Positions 1-13,300 of a stretch of DNA of 64,000 bases are shown here, one piece after another. Numbering within the stretch: the stretch's first letter is position 1; each line of letters starts with the position of its first letter. The stretch comes from Takakia lepidozioides (lineage: Eukaryota; Plantae; Bryophyta): the NCBI GenBank assembly GCA_030704615.1, contig CM060733.1, forward strand, positions 73,160,001 to 73,224,000. The letters run 5' to 3'. The translations under genes and the position numbers were made by a program. The notes under the pieces were generated by a model. The model saw only the letters and a list, made by a program, of their open reading frames with translations. It made no database searches and was not told the DNA's origin.

Positions 1-1298
1 GAGCAAGTCGATGCTGTCATCCACCAACTCTTCTCTGATATCTGGCTGTGCACTCAAATGAACCTTCAGACTTTTGTCGCCGAATGCACGAGCTACTGCA
101 AGTTGTCCATCCACCCTTGGAACATCCCCTGCAACACAGGCAGGAGCTATGTAAGGCACACAAAATTGCCTTCCCAGAATGTGCAGGTGGGAGTTCTTAA
201 ATAAACCAGTACAACCAAAGGAGTGGGACCCTTGCAAACACCAGCTTCCCCTCTCACTGGGAACACAAAAACCTTAATGCTGTCTCTTCACTTACACAGC
301 CACCAATCAACACCTTATTATACCTCAAGACCTGTGAGGTTTTGACCATACAAACCCCAAAATGTCAGGCAACCCCAAGATTAACACAAACTACAACATT
401 CAGAGACCGAACTCCAGAGGGGCTATCCTTCCGATGAGCAGATTAAAACAATACCTGGCATGTTAGAGACGAAACCCCCCTTGTTTTCAATGCTTCCCCT
501 CTCAGAAGGAGCACTTGGCTCATGATCAACAGAAAGCTGGACAGCAACTCCAGCCCTGCAAAGAACTGCCCTGGAATCACCCACATTGGCCACCAACAGA
601 CGCCTGCCATCTATAAGAATTGCAGTCACAGCTGTTGAGCCTCCAGGTCCCAAATCTGGAGCTCTCTCCAGAATAGTCCCATCTGTGTTTAGATATGCCT
701 TTCTGATAGCTGCTGCAGGATCTCTCCAAAATCCAGCCTGCCACAACATTAACTCAGCCAACTGTCATGCCACAGTAATTCATGGCAAGAGTCCCACTCT
801 CCTCCCTTACTCCACGTTGATCCATAGGCCTAGAGCCCTTATGGAAAAATCAGCTTCCCCACAATGCACACCTGTGTACTGTTTCCACTGCATTAATAAA
901 GCTCCAAAGGAGTATCATGCAGCAAATGACATCTGAACATCTACACACACGAGTCTAAAAGCAACCATCTAAAGAACAATAGAACAGATCGACAAAAAGG
1001 TTGAGCGGGCACTTCCAGAGAGCTACAGTTTCATTCTAGTTTGAGAGCTTCATACCTCTTTGAGAATATTGTCAAACAGATTTTGCTGCAGATAGTCAGC
1101 AACGTTTTGTCCCAGATGACCATCATAGATAGCAAACAATCCGAGTTCATGTTCTTTGACTCTTCTGAATTCTGCAACATGATAATCTTCCATTGCATGC
1201 CTTGATTTTCCTTTCACAAGAGAGAAGCCATGCACAATCTGATTGCTAGTATGCTGACTCTGTCCTCTTCCAGTGTCGGGTTGCAAGCCTGAAGCCAT
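1..1298 (-). CDS. Protein phosphatase 2C (clade F-like), spliced and partial; exons ~1298-1056, 737-455, 128-<1
   Basis: GT-AG-bounded exons join into PP2C motifs: MEDYHVA, LFAIYDGHLG, GGSTAVTAILI, VANVGDSRAVL, LSVDHEP, DVPRVDGQLAVARAFGDKSLK. The first exon/start is not resolved and the 3' end runs off the window. Confidence 0.95.
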
Positions 1299-2302
1299 CT
1301 GAAGATTAAAGCAACATCCACAACCATCAGAAACGGAGCCTTGTTAAATGTATCCCCATGAATGTCCTATTGGCATGATGACAGGAGAACATACACTTCA
1401 CGTGTGCATAGGAATGTTCCAACCTAGACCGAAGCATCTAGAATATGACAGCGTGTAACCGAAACAAAGCACCTTTACGACCTGCCAAATCCTCCCAAAA
1501 GGACAGTATTCTACGGTTCCATAGCAATATCCAGGAGAACAGCTCAAGTGAAGAACACACTCCTCAACAATCGTAAGGGAAAAAGGTGAGCTCCTAGTCT
1601 TAAACTCACGGCACCGACGCAGCCTATAAGTGGTTGACAGATTCGGGCTCTCAGAGGCATGAAGACTGATGCTGCAAAGCGATGAAGTCGGAAATTTGGT
1701 TCCGCGCACTGTCGAAGCACCCAATCTCTGTCTAGCAGCTTGGGCAACGAGATAAATGAATCAAGTGTTTAGGACTACAGGAAAAAGGGGTAAAATCGGG
1801 GATTAAAGAGGACAATCAGATCCGATGAGAACTGGTATAAAAACAGACGAGGGATGGACTTCGCATACATGGTAGAGACGCGCTAACATGCAGACAGTGG
1901 AGAAGAGAGACAGGAGAAAATGTAGGCGTGCGAGCTTGCAGGCTGTGTCGCGCACCTTGCCTGTCTTACAAGCACGTGACCAAAGCTTGCCCCACGCCGC
2001 GACACAGCCAGCCAGCCTGTGCTTCTCTTCTCTAATCCGAGGGAGTTCGATGGTGGTGGCGATGTGAAGCAAGAGAGGCAGCGAGAACAGATGCCCTCGA
2101 AGTTACCTGAGAGCAAACCCGCACGCATACCGCACTGCACGCACCCCTCTCTCTCGCAAAGCCTACAACTAGGTTACTTGCTATGTAGTTACAAGTTAGT
2201 CAAAGCCCAACCGGCGCCTATTTCGGCTTACCCAGTAACTGATAAGTCAAGAAAAGAAATAGCTAGGGAAGTCACGTGCTCACGTCAGAAGCGCGTGCAG
2301 AC

Positions 2303-2998
2303 CAGTGTTGGTATGGTATTGGACCCAGGACCTGGTATCAACCCTGGTAACAACCCTGGTATCAGAGAACAGACCAGCCTGGATCTGAGATACTTTTATG
2401 CCAATACCGGTGCAGAGACTAATTAGATTTTGGTTAAAGGAGGCAACCAGACCAGCCTGGTATCAGGCGCTAGGGTTCATTGTTGATACTAGCTCCGCGC
2501 GTTTTGCAGCCGTTACTCCATTGGCATCAATGCTTGCTATACTGCTGTGAGATTTAGGGAAATTTTGTGCACTATGGGCAAGTATGGGCTCATTTTGGAA
2601 TCTGCAGTGACTTTTGTGACCTGATTTATGTCTGATATGTGAATCACTTGGTTGGTGATGTATATGTAGTTGTGTATGTCTTGTATACCAGATTGTGTTG
2701 TGTAATACACCTAGAAGTTTCATTCACACCTTGGCCTCATATGCTTCACTAGTTCTTTTTGTGATGAGTTTGAATCTGGTTTACCATAGGTCATCATTGA
2801 TACCACCGTAGCTAATCACACCTGTATTGATACCAGTGCATAAGTGATTCACAATGCCTTCATTATAGATACCAGACTGGTATGGAAATTCAAGCAATCC
2901 TCTGGTACCAGTTTCCATCTGGTACTTCATTTTGGCAGCCACCCATATATCAGGACCAGCCTGGTATCACAAAATGCCAATTGACCACACCAACACTG
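2303..2998. mobile_element. Non-autonomous hAT element (MITE-like)
   Basis: TIRs CAGTGTTGGT...ACCAACACTG, exact 8-bp TSD GTGCAGAC (2295-2302 and 2999-3006), subterminal CCTGGTATCA repeats, no convincing ORF. Confidence 0.9.
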
Positions 2999-3479
2999 GT
3001 GCAGACTCTGTCCAGCTCCGCCTCCCTGAAGGATCCCCAACCCTCTCGCCACTCAATGTGCCGTTTTACTTGATATCGTGGATGCAATGGCTCTGCAAAT
3101 TCTAAAACGTAGCATGAACATATGAACTAATGATAAGAGTCACAGGTTACAGTCGACCCTGGATAATTGTTATGCCTATAGAGCAGAAAAATTCTAACAT
3201 TTATAGAGATATATCAAATAACATAAATAGAGTCAAAATCGAAAACATAACATTTGAGAAAAAAAAACAATAAAGCAGGGTTTTAAATTAATTAATTAGT
3301 TAATTTGAATTTAATTTTAATTTTTTAATTTTTTTAATTTTTTTAATTTTTTTTATTAAAATAAAAATAATAATAAAAAAAAAAAAAAAAAAAAAAACAG
3401 TTGTAAAGGTTTAGGGTTTAGTACCACTGCAGCCATTCTTTTATCACATATCAAACATTATTTTTAAAAGAAAGAAAAT

Positions 3480-5915
3480 TACATGGAATAAAACTTCGGC
3501 CTACTTCTTGGAGATTTATCACAATCCACATTGGGTTCACCGCCTACGTGGGGATCAAAACAGGGGAGACAACAACCCTGCTGGGTTACACCTTTGGAAT
3601 AGACCTTACAGATGAACAAAAATTTGCCCCTGTGCTGCAAAAGCTTAAAAAACAACTCGCATACTGGGGCTCTAAGCATCTATCCCTCATAGGTCGGGTC
3701 TTGGTGGCGAACCAAATCTGCTCAGCTGGAATGTGGTATTACTCTTCCTTCTGGCGCCCTGACTCGAAACAAGTCGAAGAAGCCAGACGCCTCCTTAGAA
3801 ACTTCATCTGGGGGGCTCACAAAGCCACAGACAACAAACGACCACAAGTAGGCTGGAAACAAATCTGCCTTCCCAAAAAAAAGGGGGGGTTAGGAGTCTT
3901 GGACTTGGAAACTCAAATCAATGCACTTCTTGGAAAATAGATTCCACGATTCCTAGGGCCTAAAAGAGGCTGCTGGAAGTTTTTGGTCTATGACCACATC
4001 GTAGCCTCCTCTCCCCTCAAGGTGCCCACTTGGCAACCCTCGCTGCGCTGGATAGTCCACGGGAACGCAAAGCAACAGGATCAGCTCTATGGAAAAACAT
4101 TTGGCGAGCATGGGGTAAGCTCCAAAAATACCTGGTTAAGGCCCAACCCAAGACCTTCTATGAAGTGCTAAGACAACACCTTTTCCTCAATACAAACTCA
4201 CCGAACCCTTCTCAACGCAATCATTCCAGACGCTGGTCTTGTTGGGACAAGCTGGGAATCAGCCAGATCAATAATATCTGGAAAAACATGTCCCTCCAAC
4301 CCGTAGAATCGATCTCAGACTTGGTGGGCAAGGGAAGGGCGAACAGGGGATATCAGGCCCTCATCACTTCCATAAACCCTCAATGGTTAGCCATATTGGG
4401 ATCAGGCCCCCCGGTGCTAGTGGATAATATGTGGGGCTTGGCCATTTACCAGGGTCAATTATCAGCCATTTTTGTCCAGTACTCTTCACCACAATAGTTT
4501 ACAATCTTCAGCTTTCAAATCAACACAACCACTCTGACGCTTACTCTTTCTTCAACAATTCCCCACCTCATTCAACCAATATCTCTAACCCCGATTAGGA
4601 TTTGCTGTTGGACCTCACAGGGCAAAGCATTCAACCCATTACCCCCGTTATCTGTCCCAATTCAAGACTGGCTGGCATCCAATACCTTTGTGTGGATTCT
4701 TGGAAGGCCCTTGGCAGAGCTTGATATAGACCCTGCTGAATGGTCTTGGACATTCACCAGATCGCCGGATCCTTTCTTTTCTTACTCAACAAAGAGAGGG
4801 TACAGGGTTCTCTCCAAAACGGAGCCCGTGCTTGCTAAATGGGACTCGAAATGGGAAAACCATGGATTTAGAGAAGAGAAGTGGTCGGTTATCTGGGGCT
4901 CCGTATGGATCAAAACCTGCCCAGCAAAAATATCTGCTTTTCTATGGCAAGTAGCAAATCGGGTTCTTAAAGTAGGAGAGTGGCTCCAGTTCCAAGCTTC
5001 AGTTCTTTGTGCGTGCTACTCAACCACTGTACAAGAAACTTTGGAGCATTGTTTGCTTCACTGCTAGGCTCCGTCCAAGATATGGCCCCTGGTCAAATCA
5101 TTATTCCTAAACTGGAATCCAACCCTATCTGAAACTCATCTGCTCCTAAACTATGACAAGATCACCGAAAACAAAGCGGTAAGCTGCCTTTTATTTGAAA
5201 CCCTCAGAGGATTGACGTTGTGGCACCTATGGAAGATTCGTTGTAAGATACCTTCTTTGGACAGACCACCACCATTTCTTCGCTCCTCTCCAGTATCTTT
5301 TATGATCTCCAAACTGCAGCTCGTAAGGCGTGGGCTAAAGCGTGTGCAGACATGGAACGAAATTCCGGGAGTGCACAAGATATCCACCAGGCTTTCTGCA
5401 GTACATGGGGCCTTGCCGGAATATTCATCTGCCACTCCCCCTCGCAAGATGAATGCTTCTGGACTGAGCTCCCACCACCAGCGTGGAGTGACCTTCGAGT
5501 CCCCCTCCACTCTTTCGCCAGAGTTTGAGTAAGATGTCAACTGGAAGCATGTCAAGACTTCATCCAAGGCCTCAAGACTTAATTACTCTTAACCCCTTCT
5601 ACTCTAGAAAAGGTCAATGACTAAATCAACGTTCCATCACTTGCGATATTGCTAGTGTAAGGTCAAAGGGTCGCTCCATTAGGGTCCATCAGTCAGTGTA
5701 GGCCTGCCTACATTAAATTGGTCTTCTCTCTTGGGATCTGTCCCAGTTCTTGGTTCTTCAAAATCCCACTTGGTGGATGTATGGCTCCCTTTACACTGAT
5801 TACGGTGTGTGTGTCTTATGGCTTAATCAGGGTTTTAGTTTTTTTCCCCTCAATAACTTATGAATGAAATTAATCAGAGCAATAAACCTTGTTAACCTAA
5901 ATAAATAAATAAATA
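3480..5915 (+). mobile_element. 5'-truncated, degenerate L1/Tx1-like LINE (RT C-terminus plus zf-RVT region)
   Basis: Broken ORFs with LINE ORF2 motifs (LSLIGRVLVAN, RNFIWG, VGWKQICLPKKKGGLGV, PAKISAFLWQ, ETLEHCLLHC). Ends in an (AAAT)n tail at ~5899-5915. Confidence 0.88.
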
Positions 5916-6087
5916 ACCTCAACAATAGTTTTTGAGCTCCCTCAAAAACTATTGTTGAGGTAATATCTATTTTCAAAACCACACATGCTCCATTCTTTTA
6001 GCACATATCAAATATCATGTTTTTCTTAAAAAGAAAATTACCTCTACAATAGTTTTTGAGCTCCCTCAAAAACTATTGTTGAGGTAA
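5916..6087. repeat. Two tandem copies (~124-bp period) of a ~21-bp-stem hairpin
   Basis: ACCTCAACAATAGTTTTTGAG-ctcc-CTCAAAAACTATTGTTGAGGT at 5916-5961 and a near-identical copy at ~6038-6087. Confidence 0.85.
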
Positions 6088-6220
6088 CATCTATTTTCAA
6101 GAACACACATGCTCCACTTGGGCTCCCATGGATGCCACTCGCGCCACAATGCAAATAGCCTAAAACAAACACTGCTTCACTACATATACCACTTCTTCAA
6201 TCAAACAGAATACAATATTT

Positions 6221-7892
6221 ATTCCATAGACGGTTGAAAATACGAAGTAATGTCCATTTGTCGGCAGTTTAACTGCCTATACAAAGTGTCTCTTTATAGA
6301 TAAAAAGGTTTGTCGTGGTAGCTACCACGACAAACCTTTTTATCTATAAAGAGACACTTTGAGAGCGACGTACTAGTATCGAAAGGTTGTTGTGCAAGGT
6401 ATAAATGCACAGTTTATAAAGCTGCTTTCATCTCAGAAAACGAAACCGAAATCATTGGTACATCTGAAACCACTACATCTTCTTCTTCGCCCTCTTCAAT
6501 TTTTTCATTGGGGATGACCATATCCCAAATCTCCTCATTAGTTGGTTCAAATGGCTCATTCAAATCGAATTGAGCTTCAAACTCGACATATTCTCGAGCA
6601 TCCATCGTAGGGCAATCTCAACTGTGAGTGAGCGAAACCTCTGTAAAACGTTCTAACAGTCTCTCAATCTCTTCGGTAACAATTTCAAGAGTCTGTCGGA
6701 TAGAATTCTCGCCCTCATTCTCATCTAAATTGGGCAAACAAAACAAACCACAGTGCCGCCAACAATGTCTGATCGTATCGGAATCCACCGAAATACGCCA
6801 TGCTTTTTCAAGCATAACCACAGCCTGATACACATCAGGAGATGGATATCTATTATCCATCAAAGCATCAATCTGATGATTAATGAAAAGCCTCATGTAA
6901 TGAGCCTTGAAACACTTGATGATTCTAGTGTCCATTGGTTGCCACTTACTAGTGGTATTAGGAGGCAACATCACGATGGTGATAATGTGTAATTGCTCAC
7001 CAATATTCACCACCTTATGCCCAGAGAAATTGTCCAGCAGGAGCAGAACTTTTTCTTTGTTGGCCAGTCGCATCCTTCTTTCAAAGTTGAGTGGAAATTT
7101 CTCAAATAAAGGAATGGTCATCCATTTGTTGCTGGACCACAGAATACCTAAATTTGTCGGACGTGTAATACGTCTACGCGTAAATGCATGAGGCTTCTCT
7201 GACTTGTTGATGACAAATGGAGGTTGTTTAATACTCCCGTCTACATTTGATGTCAAAGAAACAGTTATGTGTTCTTTGAATTGTTTTTTTCCACTCAAAC
7301 GTCTAGTCGCCAAAGTTTTGGTGGGCTCGAGTCTGTAGAAAAGTCCGGTTTCATCCATGTTAAACACATCAGTGGGAGAGTATTGAGAAACATGATCACG
7401 TATTGCACGCATCAGTGCCTCTACCTCGCTTGAGTCGTGAACTGAAGCAGCCTCTCCATGCCTTGTGTAACCTCGAATGCCAAACCGCTTCTTGAAACCC
7501 TTTACCCATCCATGTGAGAACAACAGACCTCGCTCACCTTCGTTTGGAGGCTCTTTGTCGTAGAAGCGCTTGGCAGCCCCACATATCGATGCATCAGTGA
7601 GGGTTGCACCTCTTTCCTACATAAGAGAAAACCAAGAGAAAATAGCTTCTTCAACTCTTGGAAATAAAGCTTTCCTTTCTCTCCTAGAGTGAGGTCTTGT
7701 AAGATTAATGTACTCATCTTTCCGCTGTAAAAGCTTACTAATAGTCATTTCAGATACTTAACATTGAAAGTTCTGTGATGCCCATGTAGCCAGAGCCTTG
7801 TTGTTCATGACTTTGTTTCCAGTAGATTCCTCGTCATGGTGTAACAAGATAATCCTCCGCTGCTCATTATTCAAGTGCAGCTTAGGTGTCAT
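6221..7892 (-). pseudogene. pogo/CENP-B-like transposase (HTH + DDE_1), frameshifted and with stops
   Basis: N-terminus MTPKLHLNNEQRR..., FSHGWVKGFKKR, VFNMDETGLFY, LLLLDNFSGH, LPPNTTSKWQPMD, acidic tail and C-terminal PIP-box-like QMDITSYF at ~6238-6262. Confidence 0.88.
6282..6361. repeat. Perfect 80-bp palindrome with no spacer
   Basis: CAAAGTGTCTCTTTATAGATAAAAAGGTTTGTCGTGGTAG followed immediately by its exact reverse complement. Confidence 0.95.
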
Positions 7893-9380
7893 TCTCGTAT
7901 ACCAGCAAATCTACTTGAAAGAGGTTACATGAGTATGTGATCATGTTAACTCTGAATCAACTTAGTATAGTTGCATTTGCATAAAAAGATAGGAAGAATT
8001 CTAAATCTACTAAAGCACTTGCATTTCAACCGTTTCTCTCTCACAGCAAAATCGAGACCAATGTGAGACTTCAAATGTAGCAAACATATACACTTGCTAG
8101 GATCCTCGAGCCATCTCACGGCTATACACTTTAGACAAGTACAACCGCAACATGAGTGGTTCATCTCATCTATAGATAGACGTAAGTAGCATCTGGAGAG
8201 CACCTGACTTGTCATCGCATAGAGACCAAGTCATCACATGGAGACTTGTTGAAGACCGCATGCTTATATATCAACTTTCAGAGCTAATCTATTTTTGGGA
8301 ATTATGTATGGATGTGGTGCATTTGGATAAGAACCGTAGATCCTTGATAAGAGTGGATGAATGTTTTCTCAAACCAACTATATTAAGGCTCAGCATAAGA
8401 TCTAACAACTATGGAGGTGTGCTAACAAAGAGGAGAGCCATATTTTTATAACACATATCAAATAACGCTCTCATGCCTTTTCAAGTGTAAATTTTTACAG
8501 AGCAAAAATTTCATAACATTAAGGGTGACGTAACAGAAAAGCAGGTAACAATTATCCAGGGTCGACTGTAATGGCTTGCGCCACCCTTTTCGCCAACTGC
8601 GGCTCTCTTGTCACAAAGAGCACCTCTAGGTATGGAGGCCTTTCACACTCGAAAGAGAGAATTACCCCCTTGTGAGGAAGAGGGTCTAGTCTACGAGTCA
8701 GTGTCTTCTTTCAAATCCTCATATTAAACTCTCAATTGCCTCTCATTCTATTTCATTGTGCTCTTCACAGCTCCCGGCGTAGTTCACAACTGCAGCCTTG
8801 TAGTCTGGCCACCCTCACTGCCCTCACAGCTCTTATCTTTCCCAATATTTGTTTGGCTTTGTGGTGAGATTGACATTTGGAGCACCTTCATGGGCTGTTC
8901 CACATATTCCGTCCTAATTCCTGTTATGTACAAAAGTATAGTCTATATTGAAGCAATCAAATTGAGTCATGGTGACTTTGCTTATCCAAGGAAAGGTCAA
9001 AACATAAGACTGGATGTCTTCGAAACTCCAATGCACATATAGTTTGCCCTAGATAAATATTGTTAACGGTCAGGAGTAGAAAAAAAAAATAACATTTAGA
9101 CAAGGTTAACCCCTAATGGACGACGCGACCTGTTCGCGTCAGCAATCATCCACGATGTACAATGTCGGATGACCTTGGATGAAAAAAAATCTGAATGAAA
9201 GTTGTGCTGCGTGAAGTCACGCACATGCCTATCTTTCTAGCACCCTAAAACAATAAAACCATTGCCGTCAGTAATTTTTTTAGTGCAGAGGGGTACCCAA
9301 AATGTGTGGTTTAGTCCTTCGGCACCATTGACCAGGCCAAACGGATGACTGTTAAAAAAATGCCAGCGATGGATGGTTTT

Positions 9381-10357
9381 TGCTGGCAGAGCAGATATAT
9401 GTCAACATGGTGGAGGAACGAGTGGTCATGGTGGGAATTGCTAAGGAGACAACACGGGGTAGTGGTACTCCTAGCCAACCACTACCTCAATGTGCTCAAG
9501 GCAACAAGGGGGCTCAGGTGAAGCCCAGGGAAGGACAGAGAGGACCTCAGATGTAGGGGTCTCTTCCTTCATTTGCAGGCCAACAACGGGCGGATGTGGT
9601 GTGTTGGACATATGGAGGACCCCATGTCAAGAAGGATTGGCTAGAGAACGGCAAAAGGGTTAGCCCAGGTACAGCCTACACAGTTGCAGTGTGGGCATTG
9701 TGGCAAATATGGGCATGGAGATGCCCAGTGTTATGACTTGCATCCTGAGTTGTGGCCGGGTCAGTTCCAACGGAACAATGGTGGCCGGGGGGCGAGGTGG
9801 AGCAGCTCAGAGAGGACGAGGTGGTCAGGCACGAGGTGCAGGCCAAGGGCAAGCTCAGCATGTCCAGGGACGTGGAGGTCAGGGTGTTGACCACGGCATG
9901 GCCAACCGGCTTCAGCAGCTAGAGCAGAGGCTTGCTGCCATGGCCACAACCCAGATGGTATCAGCTCCAAGGTCTGAGGGTCCACTCCTGCTCCTGAGGG
10001 AGGAGATATGGGAGGCATGGGATTCATGTGCGGGGCAACACTACCACTAGTACAGGTGGAGTCTGTTGCGGCCGTGACTCGAGGAGTAGCACGAGTTCCT
10101 AAGCCACGAGGTACAGAGGTGGAGTTGGATCCACAACGTGGGGAGGCAAGCCATCAGGCTAGGCTGCCTCAATCATTCACTTTGGCGGAGACAGTGTCGA
10201 CGCCATTCATGGCACCTAGTTCTCGCCCGACTGCTACCGAGGCGGAGGTTAATGTGTCATTGGAGAGAGCCACACGGGCAACACTACTATCTGTTGCCAA
10301 GGCTACGGCAACTAGTGTGCTACTGGGGGCGGCCACATCTATGTGTCAGGCTCCATT
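9381..10357 (+). mobile_element. Gypsy gag fragment of the same family as 45258-49643
   Basis: Closely matches ~45960-46930, with Zn knuckle CGHCGKYGHGDAQC. Cut at 10357 by a CACTA terminus. Confidence 0.85.
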
Positions 10358-13300
10358 CACTACTACATTTAAGAGGGATTAGTGATGCCGGGACCCCGGG
10401 TGCGCCGGACGCGATGACCCTCCTGCGACTGCAGCGTCGTGCAGGCGCCCGGCCCCAAAATTGCGACGTTGGCCCGTCACCACTGCGCCGCTCCGGTGAC
10501 GCTTCGCCTGCTTGCGATTCCGCCACGTCGCTGCTGTTGGGGCATGACCCGCCAGCGAGCTGGGGGTTGCAACGCCCAGACATCGCACGTACCCTCTGCG
10601 ACGCTCCCGCAAGGCTGCGACTACCAGGAATCGCAACAACACCCCCTCACACTTAGGCGCGTGGGGAGGGCCGAGTCAGCTCGCGCTGGGGTTTGCGACG
10701 TCCAGACGTTGCCGAAATGCCACAATGGCGAGGTTGCAATTCCCCGCAGTCGCAGGCTTGCTGGGGCGTCGCAAGTGTCCTCTTGCTTGGGGATCTAGGA
10801 TTGGGGATTGTTGCTACGTAATAATTGTTTTTTGGTTGTGTTTTGTTCTGTGAATTCGACCCTTGCACCACTACATCCGTGCAAAATATTGGACCAAAAA
10901 CAAATAAAAAATAAAAAAGTGTTATTTTCGTTCACTATTGCAGAACTCTCTATGAATAGTGCATGAAGTTGAAGACAATTCAACTTTGGAGTGCAAATGA
11001 GGAAAGAAAATACGGTTTTAGGGCCAAATGGTTTTTATTCACTCTCAAATTTTTCACGCACATTGCATATATTGTCATTAAGCATATGGTTTAAGAACGG
11101 AATAAAAATAAAATCATGTGCAAACGAAATGCAGTTTTTCGTCTCTAAAACACGTATGTTCAATACTTGAATGACGCATTGAATGAACTTGGTTCAAGTC
11201 ATATTTGGTCCACACGCGCTTAAGTATGTCCAAATCACATATGCAAAGTCTCAAAAGATAAGCAACATTAAGAAATATGCTCATCGACAATGCATGAACT
11301 TGAAGAGAACTCAACCTTGGAGTGCAAATGGGGGAAGAAAATATGGTTTTGGGTGCAGATGATGTCTGTTCATTGCCTAATTTTGCATGCATATTGCACA
11401 TGTTGTCATTAAGCATATGGTTTAAGAATGGAATAAATTTATTTCCTCAACAAATTCTGGAATGTAAAGACGCTGCAAGCTTTCCTCGTGATACAACAAA
11501 GACGAAAATGGATTTGGAAAACTAGGAAGTTTTGGCACTGAGTTGTTTTCTGAATTGACAGAGACATTGGTTGGAGATGGAATGCATGGAGAATGCTCGC
11601 ATTGTTTTTTTGCACTGTCTCCATAGAAGACCAACGATCGTTGAAGCTTTTAATTGCGTAATAATTGATGAAGATACACAACAAGTAGAAGCAGAGAGTG
11701 ATATTATCACCCAAATGAAGGAACTGAAGCAGATCATTCTTGTTGGAGATCACTCGGTGTATAAAGCTTTGGCCTTATTTCAAAATCAACATCAAATCAA
11801 ACTTCAAATCAATAAATCATCAAATCAAATCATGAATACAATACAATTGCACGTCGTTGCACTCTAGTTGCACTCCAGTTGCACGTAATTGTCTTTGTGA
11901 GTTGTTTGACATAATCACCTAAGTCGTAGCAGACATCCACTGTCAGGAGACAACGTTGACATCTAGATACATCACTGGAATGGTTGGAGATGGAATGCAT
12001 GGAGAATGCTTGCATTGTTTTTTGCACTGTCTCCATAGAAGACCAACGATCGTTGAAGTTTTTAATTACGTAATAATTGATGAAGATGCACAACAAGTAG
12101 AAGCAGAGACTGATATTATCACCCAGATGAAGGAACTGAAGCAGATCATTCTTGTTGGAGATTACTCGGTGTATAAAGCTTTGGCCTTATTTCAAAATCA
12201 ACATCAAATCAAATTCAAATCAACAAATCATCAAATCAAATCATGAATACAATACAATTGCACATTGTTGCACTCCAGTTGCACGTCGTTGCCTTTGTGG
12301 AAGTTGTTTGACATAATCACCTAAGTCGTAGCTAGCAGACAGCCACTGTTAGGAGACAACGTTGACATCTAGATACATCAGATAACTTGTAGAGAACCTC
12401 GGATTATGTGCTTGCTAATCTTCTTTGGTGGCATCCTCGATTCCTTGACGAATTCGAAAGATTTTGTCACAGAATGACGCAATTACAATCGGCCCCAAAT
12501 ACTCTTCGTCACAGAAAAACGCGCGCACATGCTCAGGTAGGATGGTAGAGAGAAGCACAACCTCGGATGATTTCGCTTTGTATATCGGATGAGATCCCAT
12601 TAACATTTCCACCTCCATGTGATTTACATAGCGTAGAGTCTTGGTGCCAATTTGCATCACTTGCTCCAGTTGCACGTTGTTGCTTTTGTGGGAGTTGTTT
12701 GACATAATCACCTAAGTCGTAGCAGACATCCAATGTCAGGAGACAACGTTGACATGTAGATACATCAGATAACTTCTAAGGAACCTTGGACTAGGCGTAT
12801 ACTAATCTTCTTTGGTGGCATCATCGATTCCTTGATGAATTCGAAAGGTGGACAATCTCATCGAAAAAATCCAAGAAATCCAATCTCATCCCTGGACAAA
12901 TAAATCACTACAGATAGACACGAGCAAACCAAGGGCCATAAATTACGCACATTTCAATTAAAGATTGTTTGGTTACATTGCACTAATTTAAACCAGGATC
13001 ATCAAAAGGAGAGAACAATGTTGGTTGAACAATGCTCACAACTGCGAACAGTTCCAAACTATCATTAGAGTATCCCATGTTAGAGATGCAAGAAAGACAA
13101 GAGAAGCGGCCTCACTCCAAGTTTTCAACACTCCGGATCAATGGATTCCCTAAGTGGAATTTGGCTTTATCCAAAGAAAGCCCTCTGAAATGCAATCATG
13201 ATAGCTTTACATTTTAGCAACATCCATCTGATGATGGTCTTCAACTTCTCCTTTTTGTTCCTATGCGATGACCGAGAACGTAACTGAGTGGATGCCTAAT

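Larger units (their letters stand above)
3150..8568 (-). mobile_element. pogo/Tigger (Tc1-mariner superfamily) DNA transposon with nested LINE
   Basis: Perfect 23-bp TIRs CAGTCGACCCTGGATAATTGTTA (3150-3172, 8546-8568), TA on both flanks, internal DDE_1 transposase. Confidence 0.92.

Noticed and set aside
3285-3400. AT-rich/poly-A tract as a retro-insertion tail
   Set aside because: Low complexity, with no associated element body or TSD.
9106-9380. Possible piggyBac end (TTAACCC...)
   Set aside because: No partner TIR or transposase found.
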